Positions 34,273 to 44,146 are shown, counted from the stretch's first letter. The stretch: 64,000 bases of DNA from an uncultured Alphaproteobacteria bacterium (GCA_963802015.1 CAWDHB010000007.1:295809-359808), one strand, 5' to 3'. A program made the numbers and translations. Notes: generated by a model from the letters alone, not told the origin.

Positions 34273-35563
34273 CACTCCGCCGCCTCCCGCACATGCTCGT
34301 TGATCCGCCGTTCCAGCTCGGGCCGGAAGTGCTTGATCAGCCCCTGGATCGGCCAGGCCGCCGCGTCGCCCAGCGCGCAAATCGTATGGCCTTCGACCTG
34401 CTTGGTGACCTGCTGGAGCATGTCGATCTCGCCAATGTCGGCGTCGCCGGTGCGCAGGCGTTCCATCACGCGGTACATCCAGCCGGTGCCTTCGCGGCAC
34501 GGGGTGCACTGGCCGCAGCTTTCGTGCATGTAGAAGTGGCTTAGCCGGGCGATGGCGCGGACGATGTCGGTGCTCTTGTCCATCACGATCACCGCCGCCG
34601 TGCCGAGGCCGGAGCCGACCGCCTTCAGCCCGTCAAAGTCCATCGGCGCGTCCCAGATCTCCGCCGCCGGGACCAGCGGCACCGAGGAGCCGCCGGGGAT
34701 AACCGCGAGCAGATTGTCGCGCCCGCCGGTGATCCCGCCGCAGTGCTTTTCGATCAGTTCGCGAGAACGGAATGCTCATCGCTTCTTCGACCACGCAGGG
34801 CTTGTTCACATGCCCGCTGATCTGGAACAGCTTGGTGCCCTTGTTGCCCTCACGCCCGAAGCTGGAGAACCAGGTCGCACCGCGCCGCAGGATCGTGGGG
34901 GCGACTGCGATGCTTTCGACATTATTGACCGTGGTCGGGCAGCCATAGAGCCCTGCCCCGGCCGGGAACGGCGGTTTCAGGCGCGGCTGGCCCTTCTTGC
35001 CTTCCAGGCTTTCGATCATCGCGGTTTCTTCGCCGCAGATATAGGCGCCCGCGCCGCGATGGACGAAGACGTCGAAATCGTAGCCCGACTCTTGCAGGCG
35101 TTCTTGCCGATCAGCCCGGCGTCATAGGCCTCCTGCACGGCGGCAAACAGCACTTCGGCCTCACGGATATATTCGCCGCGGATGTAGATATAGGCCGCGC
35201 GCGCGCGCATCGCATAGCCCGCCACCAGCGCGCCTTCGATCAGCTTGTGCGGATCGTGGCGGATGATCTCGCGGTCCTTGCAGGAACCCGGCTCGGATTC
35301 GTCGGCGTTGATCACCAGGAAGCTGGGGCGGCCGTCCTTCGATTCCTTGGGCATGAACGACCACTTGAGGCCGGTCGGGAACCCCGCCCCGCCGCGCCCG
35401 CGCAGGCCGCTGCGCCTTGATCTCGTCGATGATCGCGTCCTGCCCGCGCGCGAGCAGGGCCTTGGTATTATCCCAGTCCCCGCGCTGCTTGCGCCGCCTT
35501 CAGGTTCCACGGCTGATAGCCGTAGAGGTTGGTGAAGATGCGGTCTTTGTCGTGGAGGCTCAT
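34272..35563 (-). CDS. nuoF: NADH-quinone oxidoreductase subunit F (frameshifted)
   Basis: [50 protein letters not shown]. Confidence 0.96.
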
Positions 35564-35594
35564 GCTGCGCCTCCGGACGCGAAAGGGAAAAGGC

Positions 35595-35759
35595 GTTCAC
35601 GCAAAGGCGCAGAAGCGCGAGACGTGAAGGCGCAAAGGTGCTGCGCTTGCGGCGCAGCCGCTCTCAATTCTCGCTCGTCGGCATTTGGCGCGACGAAAGC
35701 GACTGCAGCTGCGCGCAAGCGCTCCACCTCTTTGCGTTCTTTGCGCCTTTGCGCGAACC
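35595..35759. repeat. Palindromic element (GTTC.CGCAAAGGCGCA type) between nuoE and nuoF
   Basis: Terminal inverted repeats GTTCACGCAAAGGCGCA / TGCGCCTTTGCGCGAAC, with internal GCAAAG/CTTTGCG reiterations. Confidence 0.8.
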
Positions 35760-35776
35760 AATCTTAACCGAGGCCA

Positions 35777-36448
35777 TCACCATTCCCCCCGGTAATCGTG
35801 ATTGGCCTTGACCATATCCTTCAGCGTAGTCGGCCCGCCTTCCGGCTCGACCGTGTGCCGCCCTGGCAGCTGGGTCCCGGCCTTGGGCGTCTTGCCCGCC
35901 GCCAGCGCATCGAGCACCTGCGTCGAGGCTCTCGGCCGTCAGGTCTTCGTAATTGTCATCGTTGATCTGGACCATCGGGGCGCGAGGCGCAGTTGCCCAT
36001 GCATTCGACTTCGGTCAGCGTCCACAGCCCGTCGTCGGTGGTGTGGCCCTTGCGCATCCCGCGCGCCTTGCAGGCGGCCAAGATCTCGTCGCTGCCGCGC
36101 AGCATGCACGGCGTGGTGCCGCAGACCTGGACGTGGAACCGGCCGACCGGAACCAGATTGTACATGAAATAGAAGGTCGCGACCTCGACCACCCGGATCA
36201 CCGGCATGTCGAGATAGCTGGGCGACATATTCCATCACCGGCAGCGGCAGCCAGCCCTGCGTGTTGGTCTCCGCCCCAACCTGCCGCTGGGCGAGATCGA
36301 GCAGCGGCATCACCGCCGAGCGCTGCCGCCCGGCCGGATAGCGCGCGACGATGATCTTGGCCTGCGCGGCATTGTCCGTCGACCACGCAAACGAACCCCA
36401 CCGCGCGCGCAGTTCGGGGCTATCGGGTTCGAGATGACGATCAGCCAT
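35777..36448 (-). CDS. nuoE: NADH-quinone oxidoreductase subunit E (frameshifted)
   Basis: [39 protein letters not shown]. Confidence 0.95.
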
Positions 36449-36591
36449 TAGCGCTCGCCCCCGCGCACAAAATCCGCCCATGCTGAGCTTGTCGAAGCAC
36501 TGCCCTTGTTCTTGAGGTCGCGCGCGCCGCACGAAGCAAAGTGCAGCCCTTCGACAAGCTCAGGGTAAACGGGGGTGGAGGCGGAACTCAT
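36448..36591 (-). CDS. 47-aa bridge ORF encoded by CTGAGCTTGTCGAAG-family element copy 2 (36474-36572)
   Basis: MSSASTPVYPELVEGLHFASCGARDLKNKGSASTSSAWADFVRGGER*; ATGA overlap with the SnoaL stop and TAATG overlap with the nuoE start. Confidence 0.6.
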   Translation of the reverse strand: MSSASTPVYPELVEGLHFASCGARDLKNKGSASTSSAWADFVRGGER

Positions 36592-36974
36592 CGAATAAAC
36601 TCCACGCGCGAGCACATCTCGCCCTCGAACGAATAGATCGACATCACCTCGAACGGCTCCGCGCTGGCCGAGCGCCAGACCTTTTCGTGCAGCACAGCAT
36701 AGTCACCCAACTCATAGCCGGTGACGATCTCGGCGCGGTTTTCCGGGAATTCCGCGAACATCGCGTTCAGCCCGGCGCGCATGCCTTCCTTGCCCTCACG
36801 CAGCACCGCCCCGCGATAGTTCGCCTCACACGCGTCGTCGGTCATCAACGCAACATAGGCGTCGGCATCCTGCGCATTGTAATGCGCGATCATCTGCGTC
36901 GGCGATGGCGAAGATCGTTTTGCCATCGACCTGACATTGCAACAGCGCGACTCATGCGCAATGACAGTCTCCAC
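36588..36974 (-). CDS. SnoaL/NTF2-like protein inside the nuo operon
   Basis: HYNAQDADAYVAL..DD, FAEFPEN, VLHEKV, IYSFE; start uncertain. Confidence 0.8.
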   Translation of the reverse strand: METVIAHESRCCNVRSMAKRSSPSPTQMIAHYNAQDADAYVALMTDDACEANYRGAVLREGKEGMRAGLNAMFAEFPENRAEIVTGYELGDYAVLHEKVWRSASAEPFEVMSIYSFEGEMCSRVEFIR

Positions 36975-38189
36975 TCACCGGTCACACTCCCCGAACACCA
37001 CGTCGATCGCGCCGATGATCGCGGTCACATCGGGCAGCATGTGGCCCTTGCACATGAAGTCCATCGCCTGGAGGTGGCTGAAGGCGGTCGGGCGGATCTT
37101 GCAGCGGTAGGGTTTGTTGCTGCCGTCGGCGACCAGATAGACGCCGAATTCGCCCTTGGGGCTTTCGGTGGCGACATAGACTTCGCCGGCCGGCACATGG
37201 AAGCCTTCGGTATAGAGCTTGAAGTGGTGGATCAGCGCTTCCATCGACTGCTTCATCTCGGCGCGCTTGGGCGGGCTGACCTTGCGGTCGTCCGAGCTGA
37301 CCGGGCCGCTGGGCATATCGCGCAGGCACTGCTTCATGATCCGGGCGGACTGGCGCACTTCCTCGACGCGGACCATGAACCGGTCATAGCAATCGCCGTT
37401 GGTGCCGACCGGAACGTCGAAATCCATCTGGGCGTAAACGTCATAGGGCTGGCTCTTGCGCAGATCCCACGCGATGCCCGCTGCCGCGGATCATCGGGCC
37501 GGAAAAGCCCCACTTCACCGCGTCGTCCTTGCTGACCACGGCGATATCGACATTGCGCTGCTTGAAGATGCGGTTGTCGACCACCAGGCTCATCGCGTCT
37601 TCGAACAGGCGCGGCAGGCGGCCATCGAGCCATTCGCCGATATCGACCAGCAGCTTTTCGGGCACGTCCTGATGGACCCCGCCGGGGCGGAACCAGGCCG
37701 CGTGCATCCGTGCGCCGCGAAGCGCGTTCGAAGAAGTTGAGGCAATCCTCGCGCACTTCGAACATCCACAGGTTCGGCGTCATCGCGCCGACGTCCATCA
37801 CATGGCTGCCGAGGTTGAGCATGTGGTTGCAGATGCGGGTCAGCTCGGCAAACAGCACCCGCAGATATTGCGCGCGCGCGGGCACCGCCAGGTTGAGCAG
37901 CTTTTCGATCGCGAGCACATAGGAATGCTCCATCGCCAGCGGGCTGCAATAGTCCAGCCGGTCAAAATAGGGCAGCGCCTGCAGATAGGTCTTGTGCTCG
38001 ATCAGCTTTTCGGTGCCGCGATGCAGCAGGCCGACGTGCGGATCGATCCGCTCGATAATCTCGCCATCCAGCTCCATGACCATCCGCAACACCCCGTGCG
38101 CCGCCGGGTGCTGCGGGCCGAAGTTGATCGTGTAGTTGGCGATGATTTCGTCGCCGGTGGTGGGGGACTGTTCGAGAGTTAAGGCTCAC
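36975..38189 (-). CDS. nuoD: NADH-quinone oxidoreductase subunit D (frameshifted)
   Basis: [46 protein letters not shown]. Confidence 0.96.
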
Positions 38190-39036
38190 TTGCCAGCCTC
38201 CCTTCGTCGCGCGCGGTTTGCGGGCCGGGCGGGCTTCGGTGGCGTCAGGCGCGCCGGGTTCGGCTTGCCTGGTCGCCTTGGGCGCGCCTTTGGCCTTGGC
38301 GACTTCGGCGGCCGCAGCCTTGTTGGTCGCGGCGCCAGCGCCGGTATCGGCGGGCTTGTCGGTGGTCTTGGGCGTCGGCGGTGGTGGTGATGCGGCAACG
38401 ACCGGCGCAGCGGCTTTCTCATCGCCCGGCAGCACATAGTCTGCGCCTTCCCACGGCGACATGAAGTCGAACTGGCGCAGGTCCTGCGCGAGCTGGACCG
38501 GCTCATAGACCACGCGCTTGTCTTCTTCGGAATAGCGCAGCTCGACATAGCCGGTCAGCGGGAAATCCTTGCGGAACGGGTGGCCTTCAAAGCCATAGTC
38601 GGTCAGAATCCGGCGCAGATCGGTGTTCCCGGCGAACAGCACGCCGTACATGTCAAACACTTCCCGCTCCAGCCAGCCCGCGACCGGCCAGAGGTGGGTG
38701 ACGGTGGGGACCGGGGTATTTTCCGCGGCGCTGACCTTCACCATGATCCGGTGGTTCTTGGTCAGGCTGAGCAGCATGTAGACCACTTCGAAGCGCTCGG
38801 CCCGGCTGGGGTAATCGGCCCCGGCGATCTCCATCAGCTGCTGATAAGCGTGGTCATCGCGGAGGGTTTGCAGCGCATCGGCAATCCGCGTCGCGCGCGA
38901 CGGTCAGCACGATCTCGCCATGCTCCTCGCGCTCGCAGCGAGCAGCATCATCGCCTCCAGCGCGCGCAGACAGCGTAGCCAGCACGCCTTCGTTCGACGT
39001 GCCATCTTTGGGCGGAGTGCGAGCGACGACACTCAC
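38186..39036 (-). CDS. nuoC: NADH-quinone oxidoreductase subunit C (frameshifted)
   Basis: [44 protein letters not shown], plus an Ala/Pro/Lys-rich tail. Confidence 0.95.
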
Positions 39037-39591
39037 CGCTCCAGCGTCCCGATGCGGCGGATTTTGCGCTGGAGCTGCATCACGCCATAGAGCAGCGCCT
39101 CGGCGGTCGGCGGGCAGCCGGGGACGTAGATGTCCACCGGCACGATCCGGTCACAGCCGCGCACGACGCTATAGCTAGTAGTGATAATAGCCGCCGCCAT
39201 TGGCGCACGATCCCATCGAGATCACGTACTTCGGGTCGCTCATCTGGTCATAGACCTTGCGCAGCGCCGGGGCCATCTTGTTGCACAGCGTGCCCGCGAC
39301 GATCATCACGTCCGACTGGCGCGGGCTGGCGCGCGGGGCGACGCCGAAGCGCTCCATATCGTAGCGCGGCATGTTGACGTGGATCATCTCGACCGCGCAG
39401 CAGGCGAGCCCGAAGGTCATCCACCACAGCGAGCCGGTGCGGGCCCACTGGAACAGGTCCTCGGTGCTGGTGACGAGGAAGCCCTTGTCACCCAGCTCGC
39501 CGTTGAGGTCGTTGAAATAGGCCGCGTCCGGGGCCGTCACGGCTCCGCCCGTTGCGAGTGGCTGGCCAGCGCTGTTCACCAGAGTGCTCAT
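39033..39591 (-). CDS. nuoB: NADH-quinone oxidoreductase subunit B (frameshifted)
   Basis: [35 protein letters not shown]. Confidence 0.96.
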
Positions 39592-39962
39592 TCCCAGTCC
39601 AACGCCCCCTTTTTCCACGCATAGGCCAGGCCAATGCCCAGTTCGGCGAGGAACACCATCATCGTGATCCACCCGGCCCAGCCGGTGAAGTCGAGGCTGA
39701 CCGCCCAGGGAAACAGGAACGCAGCTTCCAGATCGAACACGATGAACAGGATCGCGACGAGATAGAACCGCACATCGAACTGGCTGCGCGGGTCTTCGAA
39801 CGCGGGGAAGCCGCATTCGTATTCGCTGTTCTTTTCCGCATTGGGGTTGTGCGTGCCGGTCAGCCGCGCCACGCCCATCGGCAGGAACACGAACAGGCTC
39901 GACAAGGCCAGCGCCACGCCCAGGAAGATCAGGATCGGAAGGTACTGCGACAGGTCGACCAA
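39588..39962 (-). CDS. nuoA: NADH-quinone oxidoreductase subunit A
   Basis: [28 protein letters not shown]. Confidence 0.97.
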   Translation of the reverse strand: MVDLSQYLPILIFLGVALALSSLFVFLPMGVARLTGTHNPNAEKNSEYECGFPAFEDPRSQFDVRFYLVAILFIVFDLEAAFLFPWAVSLDFTGWAGWITMMVFLAELGIGLAYAWKKGALDWE

Positions 39963-40089
39963 GGGACTGACTCACTACGGCATTCGTTGCCCCGCGCCCT
40001 AGTCCTGCCGATTGCCCGGCGCAAGTGGGGGAAAGTGCGGTATCGCCGGAAAAATCCCCTCCCACGGATGGGAGGGGAACCTGCGAAGG

Positions 40090-41523
40090 CTACTTTTTCA
40101 GTTCGCGCGCCAGTGTCGAATGGGTGGCCTTGCCGTAAGGCGGCTTGAAGCCCGACAGCTTGGCAATATCCAGCCCCGGCTGGCGGTAGACCGCGCGGGC
40201 ATGGCTGAAGGTCTTGAACCCGTCGGCGCCGTGATAGTTGCCCATGCCGGATGGCCCGACCCCGCCGAACGGCAAGTCCTCCATCGCGTTGTGGAACAGC
40301 ACGTCGTTGATCGTCACCCCGCCCGAGATCGTCCGGCTGAGCACCTTGTCCGCCTCGGCCTTGTCCTGCCCGAAGTAGTAGAGCCCCAGCGGGCGGTCGT
40401 GCGCGTTGACGTAATCGATCGCGCTATCGATCGTGTCATAGGTCATCACCGGCAGGATCGGCCCGAAGATTTCCTCCTGCATCACCTTCATGTCGTCGTT
40501 GACGTTGCGGACGATGGTCAGCGGCATCTTGTGGCCGTTGGAGCTGGAGAAGTCCTCCCCGCCGGGATTGACCTCGATCAGCTCGGCCCCCTTGGCCTTG
40601 GCATCGGCCAGATAGCCTTGCAGCCGGTCATAGTTGCGTCCGTTGACCACCGAGGTGTAGTCATCATTGCCCAGCAGCGTGGGGTAGAGCGCGGAGACCC
40701 CGCTGGCGACGCTGGCGATCATCTCGGCCTCCTGATCCTTGGCGACCAGCAGATAGTCTGGCGCGAGGCAGATCTGCCCGGCGTTCATCATCTTGCCCAT
40801 GGCGATCCGCTGGGCGGCTTTGGTCTTGTCCGCGCTGCGGCCGATGAAGGTCGGGCTCTTGCCGCCCAGTTCCAGCGTCACCGGCACCAGATTGTCCGCC
40901 GCCGCGCGCATGATATGGCGGCCGACCGATGTCGCGCCGGTGAAGATCATGTGATCGAATGCCAGCTTGCTGAATTCGGTCGCGACCTCAACCCCGCCGG
41001 TGAACACCGCCATTTCCTCTTCGGCGAAGTACTGCGGCACCACTTCGGCAAACAGGTCGGCCACCCGCTCGGTATATTCGCTCGGCTTGATCATCGCGCG
41101 GTTACCCGCCGCCAGAATGCCCGCCATCGGCACCATCACCATGCCCACCGGGAAGTTCCACGGCGCGATCACGCCGACCACGCCCTTGGGCTGATACATC
41201 ACCTCGGCCTTGGCCCCGAGCAGGCCGAGCGGGAACATGGCCTTGCGCTTTTCGTTGCGGCCCCAGGCTTCGAAGTGCTTCTTTGCGTGCTTCAAGGCGC
41301 CAACCGAGGGCATGATGTCCGTCATCAGCGTCTGTTCGGTGCTGCGGTGGCCGAAATCGGCGCTGACCGCCTTGGCAAACGCGTCCTTGTGATCGATCAG
41401 CAGCGCAATCGCCCGGTCGATCCGGTCCCGGCGCACCGCCATCGATTCCGGCAGCGCAGCGGTGAAAGCGGCGCGCTGTTTCGCCAGAACGGTGTGCAAG
41501 CGGGTGGTGTCAGTATCGGCCAT
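40090..41523 (-). CDS. Coniferyl-aldehyde dehydrogenase-like aldehyde dehydrogenase
   Basis: PWNFP, KPSE, FTGATSVG, LELGGKSP, NAGQIC, EEIFGP, PFGGVGPSGMG. Confidence 0.9.
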   Translation of the reverse strand: MADTDTTRLHTVLAKQRAAFTAALPESMAVRRDRIDRAIALLIDHKDAFAKAVSADFGHRSTEQTLMTDIMPSVGALKHAKKHFEAWGRNEKRKAMFPLGLLGAKAEVMYQPKGVVGVIAPWNFPVGMVMVPMAGILAAGNRAMIKPSEYTERVADLFAEVVPQYFAEEEMAVFTGGVEVATEFSKLAFDHMIFTGATSVGRHIMRAAADNLVPVTLELGGKSPTFIGRSADKTKAAQRIAMGKMMNAGQICLAPDYLLVAKDQEAEMIASVASGVSALYPTLLGNDDYTSVVNGRNYDRLQGYLADAKAKGAELIEVNPGGEDFSSSNGHKMPLTIVRNVNDDMKVMQEEIFGPILPVMTYDTIDSAIDYVNAHDRPLGLYYFGQDKAEADKVLSRTISGGVTINDVLFHNAMEDLPFGGVGPSGMGNYHGADGFKTFSHARAVYRQPGLDIAKLSGFKPPYGKATHSTLARELKK

Positions 41524-41676
41524 AGTCTCTCTCCCCAGCGGGTTTCTATTTGCCACCCTTTTCGCGCAACCCATACCCATTGGCAAGCGCCGCGCAGCGC
41601 GGGCCAATTGCCATCGCCGCAGTGCAGCATTATGGCGTTGCCGTAACGACACCTGTTTGAGAGAGGCATTGCCGCC

Positions 41677-42873
41677 ATGGCCCAGCTTTCCGCGCATGAT
41701 CCCATCGTCATCCTGTCATACGCCCGCACCCCGATGGGCGCGATGCAAGGGGCGCTGTCCGATGTATCCGCTACTGACCTTGGCGCTGCGGCGATTCGCG
41801 GCGCGGTTGAGCGCGCAGGCGTGGACGGCGCGGATGTGGAGCGCGTCTACATGGGCTGCGTTCTGCCTGCTGGACTTGGCCAGGCCCCTGCCCGGCAGGC
41901 CACGATCAAGGCCGGACTGCCCAAGTCGGTCCAGGCCACCACAGTCAACAAGGTCTGCGGATCGGGGATGCAGACCGTGATCATGGGGGCAGAGGCGCTC
42001 GCCGCTGGTTCAATCGATCTGGTGATCGCGGGTGGAATGGAAAGCATGACCAACGCGCCGTACCTGCTGAAAAAGCATCGCGGCGGCGCGCGGATCGGGC
42101 ACGATACCGCTTATGATCATATGTTCCTCGACGGGCTGGAAGACGCCTATGAACCCGGCCGCGCGATGGGCACTTTCGCACAGGACACCGCCAACGAATA
42201 TCAACTGACCCGCGAAGCGCAGGACGATTACTCCATCGAATCGCTGCGCCGCGCCAATGCCGCCATCGCCGACGGGGCCTTTGCTGCTGAAATCGTGCCG
42301 GTGACGGTCGTCAGCCGCGCTGGCGAAACCGTGGTTTCGAACGACGAAGGCCCCGGCAAGGGCAAGCCCGACAAGATCCCCGGCCTGCGCCCTGCCTTCG
42401 CCAAGGACGGCACGATTACGGCGGCCAGCTCCAGCTCGATCTCTGACGGCGCGGCTGCTTTGGTGCTGACCCGGACCAGCGTGGCCCAGACCAAGGGACA
42501 GACTGCGGTTGCGAAAATTGTTGCTGTCGCTGCGCACGCGCAGGAACCCAAGGATTTCACCACTGCCCCGGTCGGTGCGATCACCAAAGTGCTGGCCAGC
42601 GCTAACTGGACAGTTGGTGATGTCGATCTGTTTGAAATCAACGAAGCCTTCGCCTGCGTCGCAATGTTTGCGATGCATGATCTCGGCATTCCGCACGACA
42701 AGGTAAACGTTCACGGCGGCGGCACTGCGCTGGGCCACCCAATCGGAGCCTCGGGCGCGCGGATCATCACCACGCTGATCGCAGCGCTGCAACGCCATGG
42801 CGGCAAAAAGGGCGTGGCCAGCCTGTGCATCGGCGGGGGCGAGGCCACCGCGATCGCCATCGAGCTGGCGTGA
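41677..42873 (+). CDS. Acetyl-CoA C-acyltransferase (thiolase)
   Basis: NKVCGSG, GGMESM, EINEAFA, GHPIGASG, CIGGG. Confidence 0.95.
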   Translation: MAQLSAHDPIVILSYARTPMGAMQGALSDVSATDLGAAAIRGAVERAGVDGADVERVYMGCVLPAGLGQAPARQATIKAGLPKSVQATTVNKVCGSGMQTVIMGAEALAAGSIDLVIAGGMESMTNAPYLLKKHRGGARIGHDTAYDHMFLDGLEDAYEPGRAMGTFAQDTANEYQLTREAQDDYSIESLRRANAAIADGAFAAEIVPVTVVSRAGETVVSNDEGPGKGKPDKIPGLRPAFAKDGTITAASSSSISDGAAALVLTRTSVAQTKGQTAVAKIVAVAAHAQEPKDFTTAPVGAITKVLASANWTVGDVDLFEINEAFACVAMFAMHDLGIPHDKVNVHGGGTALGHPIGASGARIITTLIAALQRHGGKKGVASLCIGGGEATAIAIELA

Positions 42874-42944
42874 ACCGCGATACACTACGGTAAAATGCTG
42901 AATAGGCCGTTCGGCGACTGTTCAGACGGAGCGGGGTAGAAAAC

Positions 42945-43040
42945 TTTCAAGCGGTCGGGGTTTCTCCTCCCCTTTTCCCCGGCCGACAACCTTCGGACGC
43001 AAGTCCAACGGGCCGTACCCCAGTGGTGCGGCCCGTTTTT
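42945..43040 (+). ncRNA. Candidate sRNA with an anti-SD loop
   Basis: Stem GGTCGGGG/CCCCGGCC with loop TTTCTCCTCCCCTTTT, a GGAC-GCAA-GTCC hairpin, and terminator CGGGCCGTACC...GGTGCGGCCCG-TTTTT; 5' end uncertain. Confidence 0.55.
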
Positions 43041-43049
43041 CATGGGCAA

Positions 43050-43078
43050 CCGTCACCCCGGCGCAGGCCGGGGTCCAG
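43050..43078. repeat. Solo CGTC-tagged palindrome
   Basis: CCGTCACCCCGGCGCAGGCCGGGGTCCAG, nearly identical to the left arm at 25743. Confidence 0.75.
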
Positions 43079-43087
43079 TCCACTAAT

Positions 43088-43564
43088 TCAGGGTGCCCCA
43101 TCGCCCCACAGCCGATCGTCGCGGATCTGGCCGCCCATCGTGCCGACGCGAAAGGCGCACCAGCCCGCCGCACAATCGCCCAGCAGGCCGACCACGCCTG
43201 GTTGCACCCGCCACAGCAGCTTTCCCGCCGCGCTGCCTTCGCGCATCTCGGCATTGCCCTGGCCAATCACAATCGCGGTGCGTTCGCGCGTCAGAAACCG
43301 GGCGAGCACCCAGCCTTTTGCGCCGCCGGGGTCCTCGACGAAGCGCCAGCCTTCTTTCAGCCGCAACACTTTCAGCGGCAGCTGTTCGCGGCGGTAGACC
43401 CAGTTGATCTTGTAATCCTCACCCGGACCAACCCGCATGTTGACTTCGCTGGCGCGGATTGAGGCCCAGTAGGGTGTTTCGGTGTCTTGCGCCGCGACGG
43501 GCTGCTCCAGAAACAGGCACATCAGGCCAGCAAGGCTCAGCCGCAAAGAGATTCGATTTCTCAT
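43088..43564 (-). CDS. Bacterial SH3 (SH3_4) tandem-domain secreted protein
   Basis: PYWASI...EVNMRVGPG..Y.I.WVY, DPGG.KGWV, C..GWC. Confidence 0.88.
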   Translation of the reverse strand: MRNRISLRLSLAGLMCLFLEQPVAAQDTETPYWASIRASEVNMRVGPGEDYKINWVYRREQLPLKVLRLKEGWRFVEDPGGAKGWVLARFLTRERTAIVIGQGNAEMREGSAAGKLLWRVQPGVVGLLGDCAAGWCAFRVGTMGGQIRDDRLWGDGAP

Positions 43565-43727
43565 TTAATCGCGATAGCCCGCCAATGCTGATCGGTTCAA
43601 CCCTGGTCGGGACGAACAATTGCGAATGGACGTCAATGCAAGGAGCTTGAGTCGATATTCATGCGCATGACGTCAACGATGCAAAGGTGCGATTGATCCT
43701 GGCTATTATCTCCGCTATCGCATTAAT

Positions 43728-44081
43728 ATGAATGTGAAGCAAAAAACAGCTTTTGGCCGGCTTCGAAGGTACAAACGAGTCCTATGGATTTTGTTTTGGG
43801 CCGCAATGTGTGTGACTTGGATTTTATTCGTATCTACTTTGATATTTGTCCTGACTGATTATACTGAGGGAAGACGGTTTTTTATTGATCATTTCAAAGC
43901 TTTGATTGGCGGTCCAGTGTCTGCGTTTGTCGCCTTTTCAGTTGTTATGTCATTGACGCAAACCGAAGGGCCGATAAAATTCAAGGGGTTCTCGTTCGAG
44001 TTTGAAGGCGCAGCCGGACCTGTGATCTTGTGGATTGCTTGCTTTTCTGCGGTGGCGGCAGGGATACAGATGCTTTGGTAA
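43728..44081 (+). CDS. AT-rich three-TM hypothetical protein
   Basis: Intact 117-aa hydrophobic ORF with GPIKFKGFSFEFEGAAGPVILW; clearly lower GC than its flanks. Confidence 0.7.
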   Translation: MNVKQKTAFGRLRRYKRVLWILFWAAMCVTWILFVSTLIFVLTDYTEGRRFFIDHFKALIGGPVSAFVAFSVVMSLTQTEGPIKFKGFSFEFEGAAGPVILWIACFSAVAAGIQMLW

Positions 44082-44146
44082 TTTGACTTCAGGGTTTGCT
44101 GCACCATAACTTGACCGCCCCGCCCCCATCGGCCTAGCGAACAGCC

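Noticed and set aside
40012-41646. Long antisense ORFs (also 9006-10355, 32360-33583, 49651-51069, 52315-53532, 58311-59510)
   Set aside because: Shadow frames of GC-rich genes, with no recognisable motifs.
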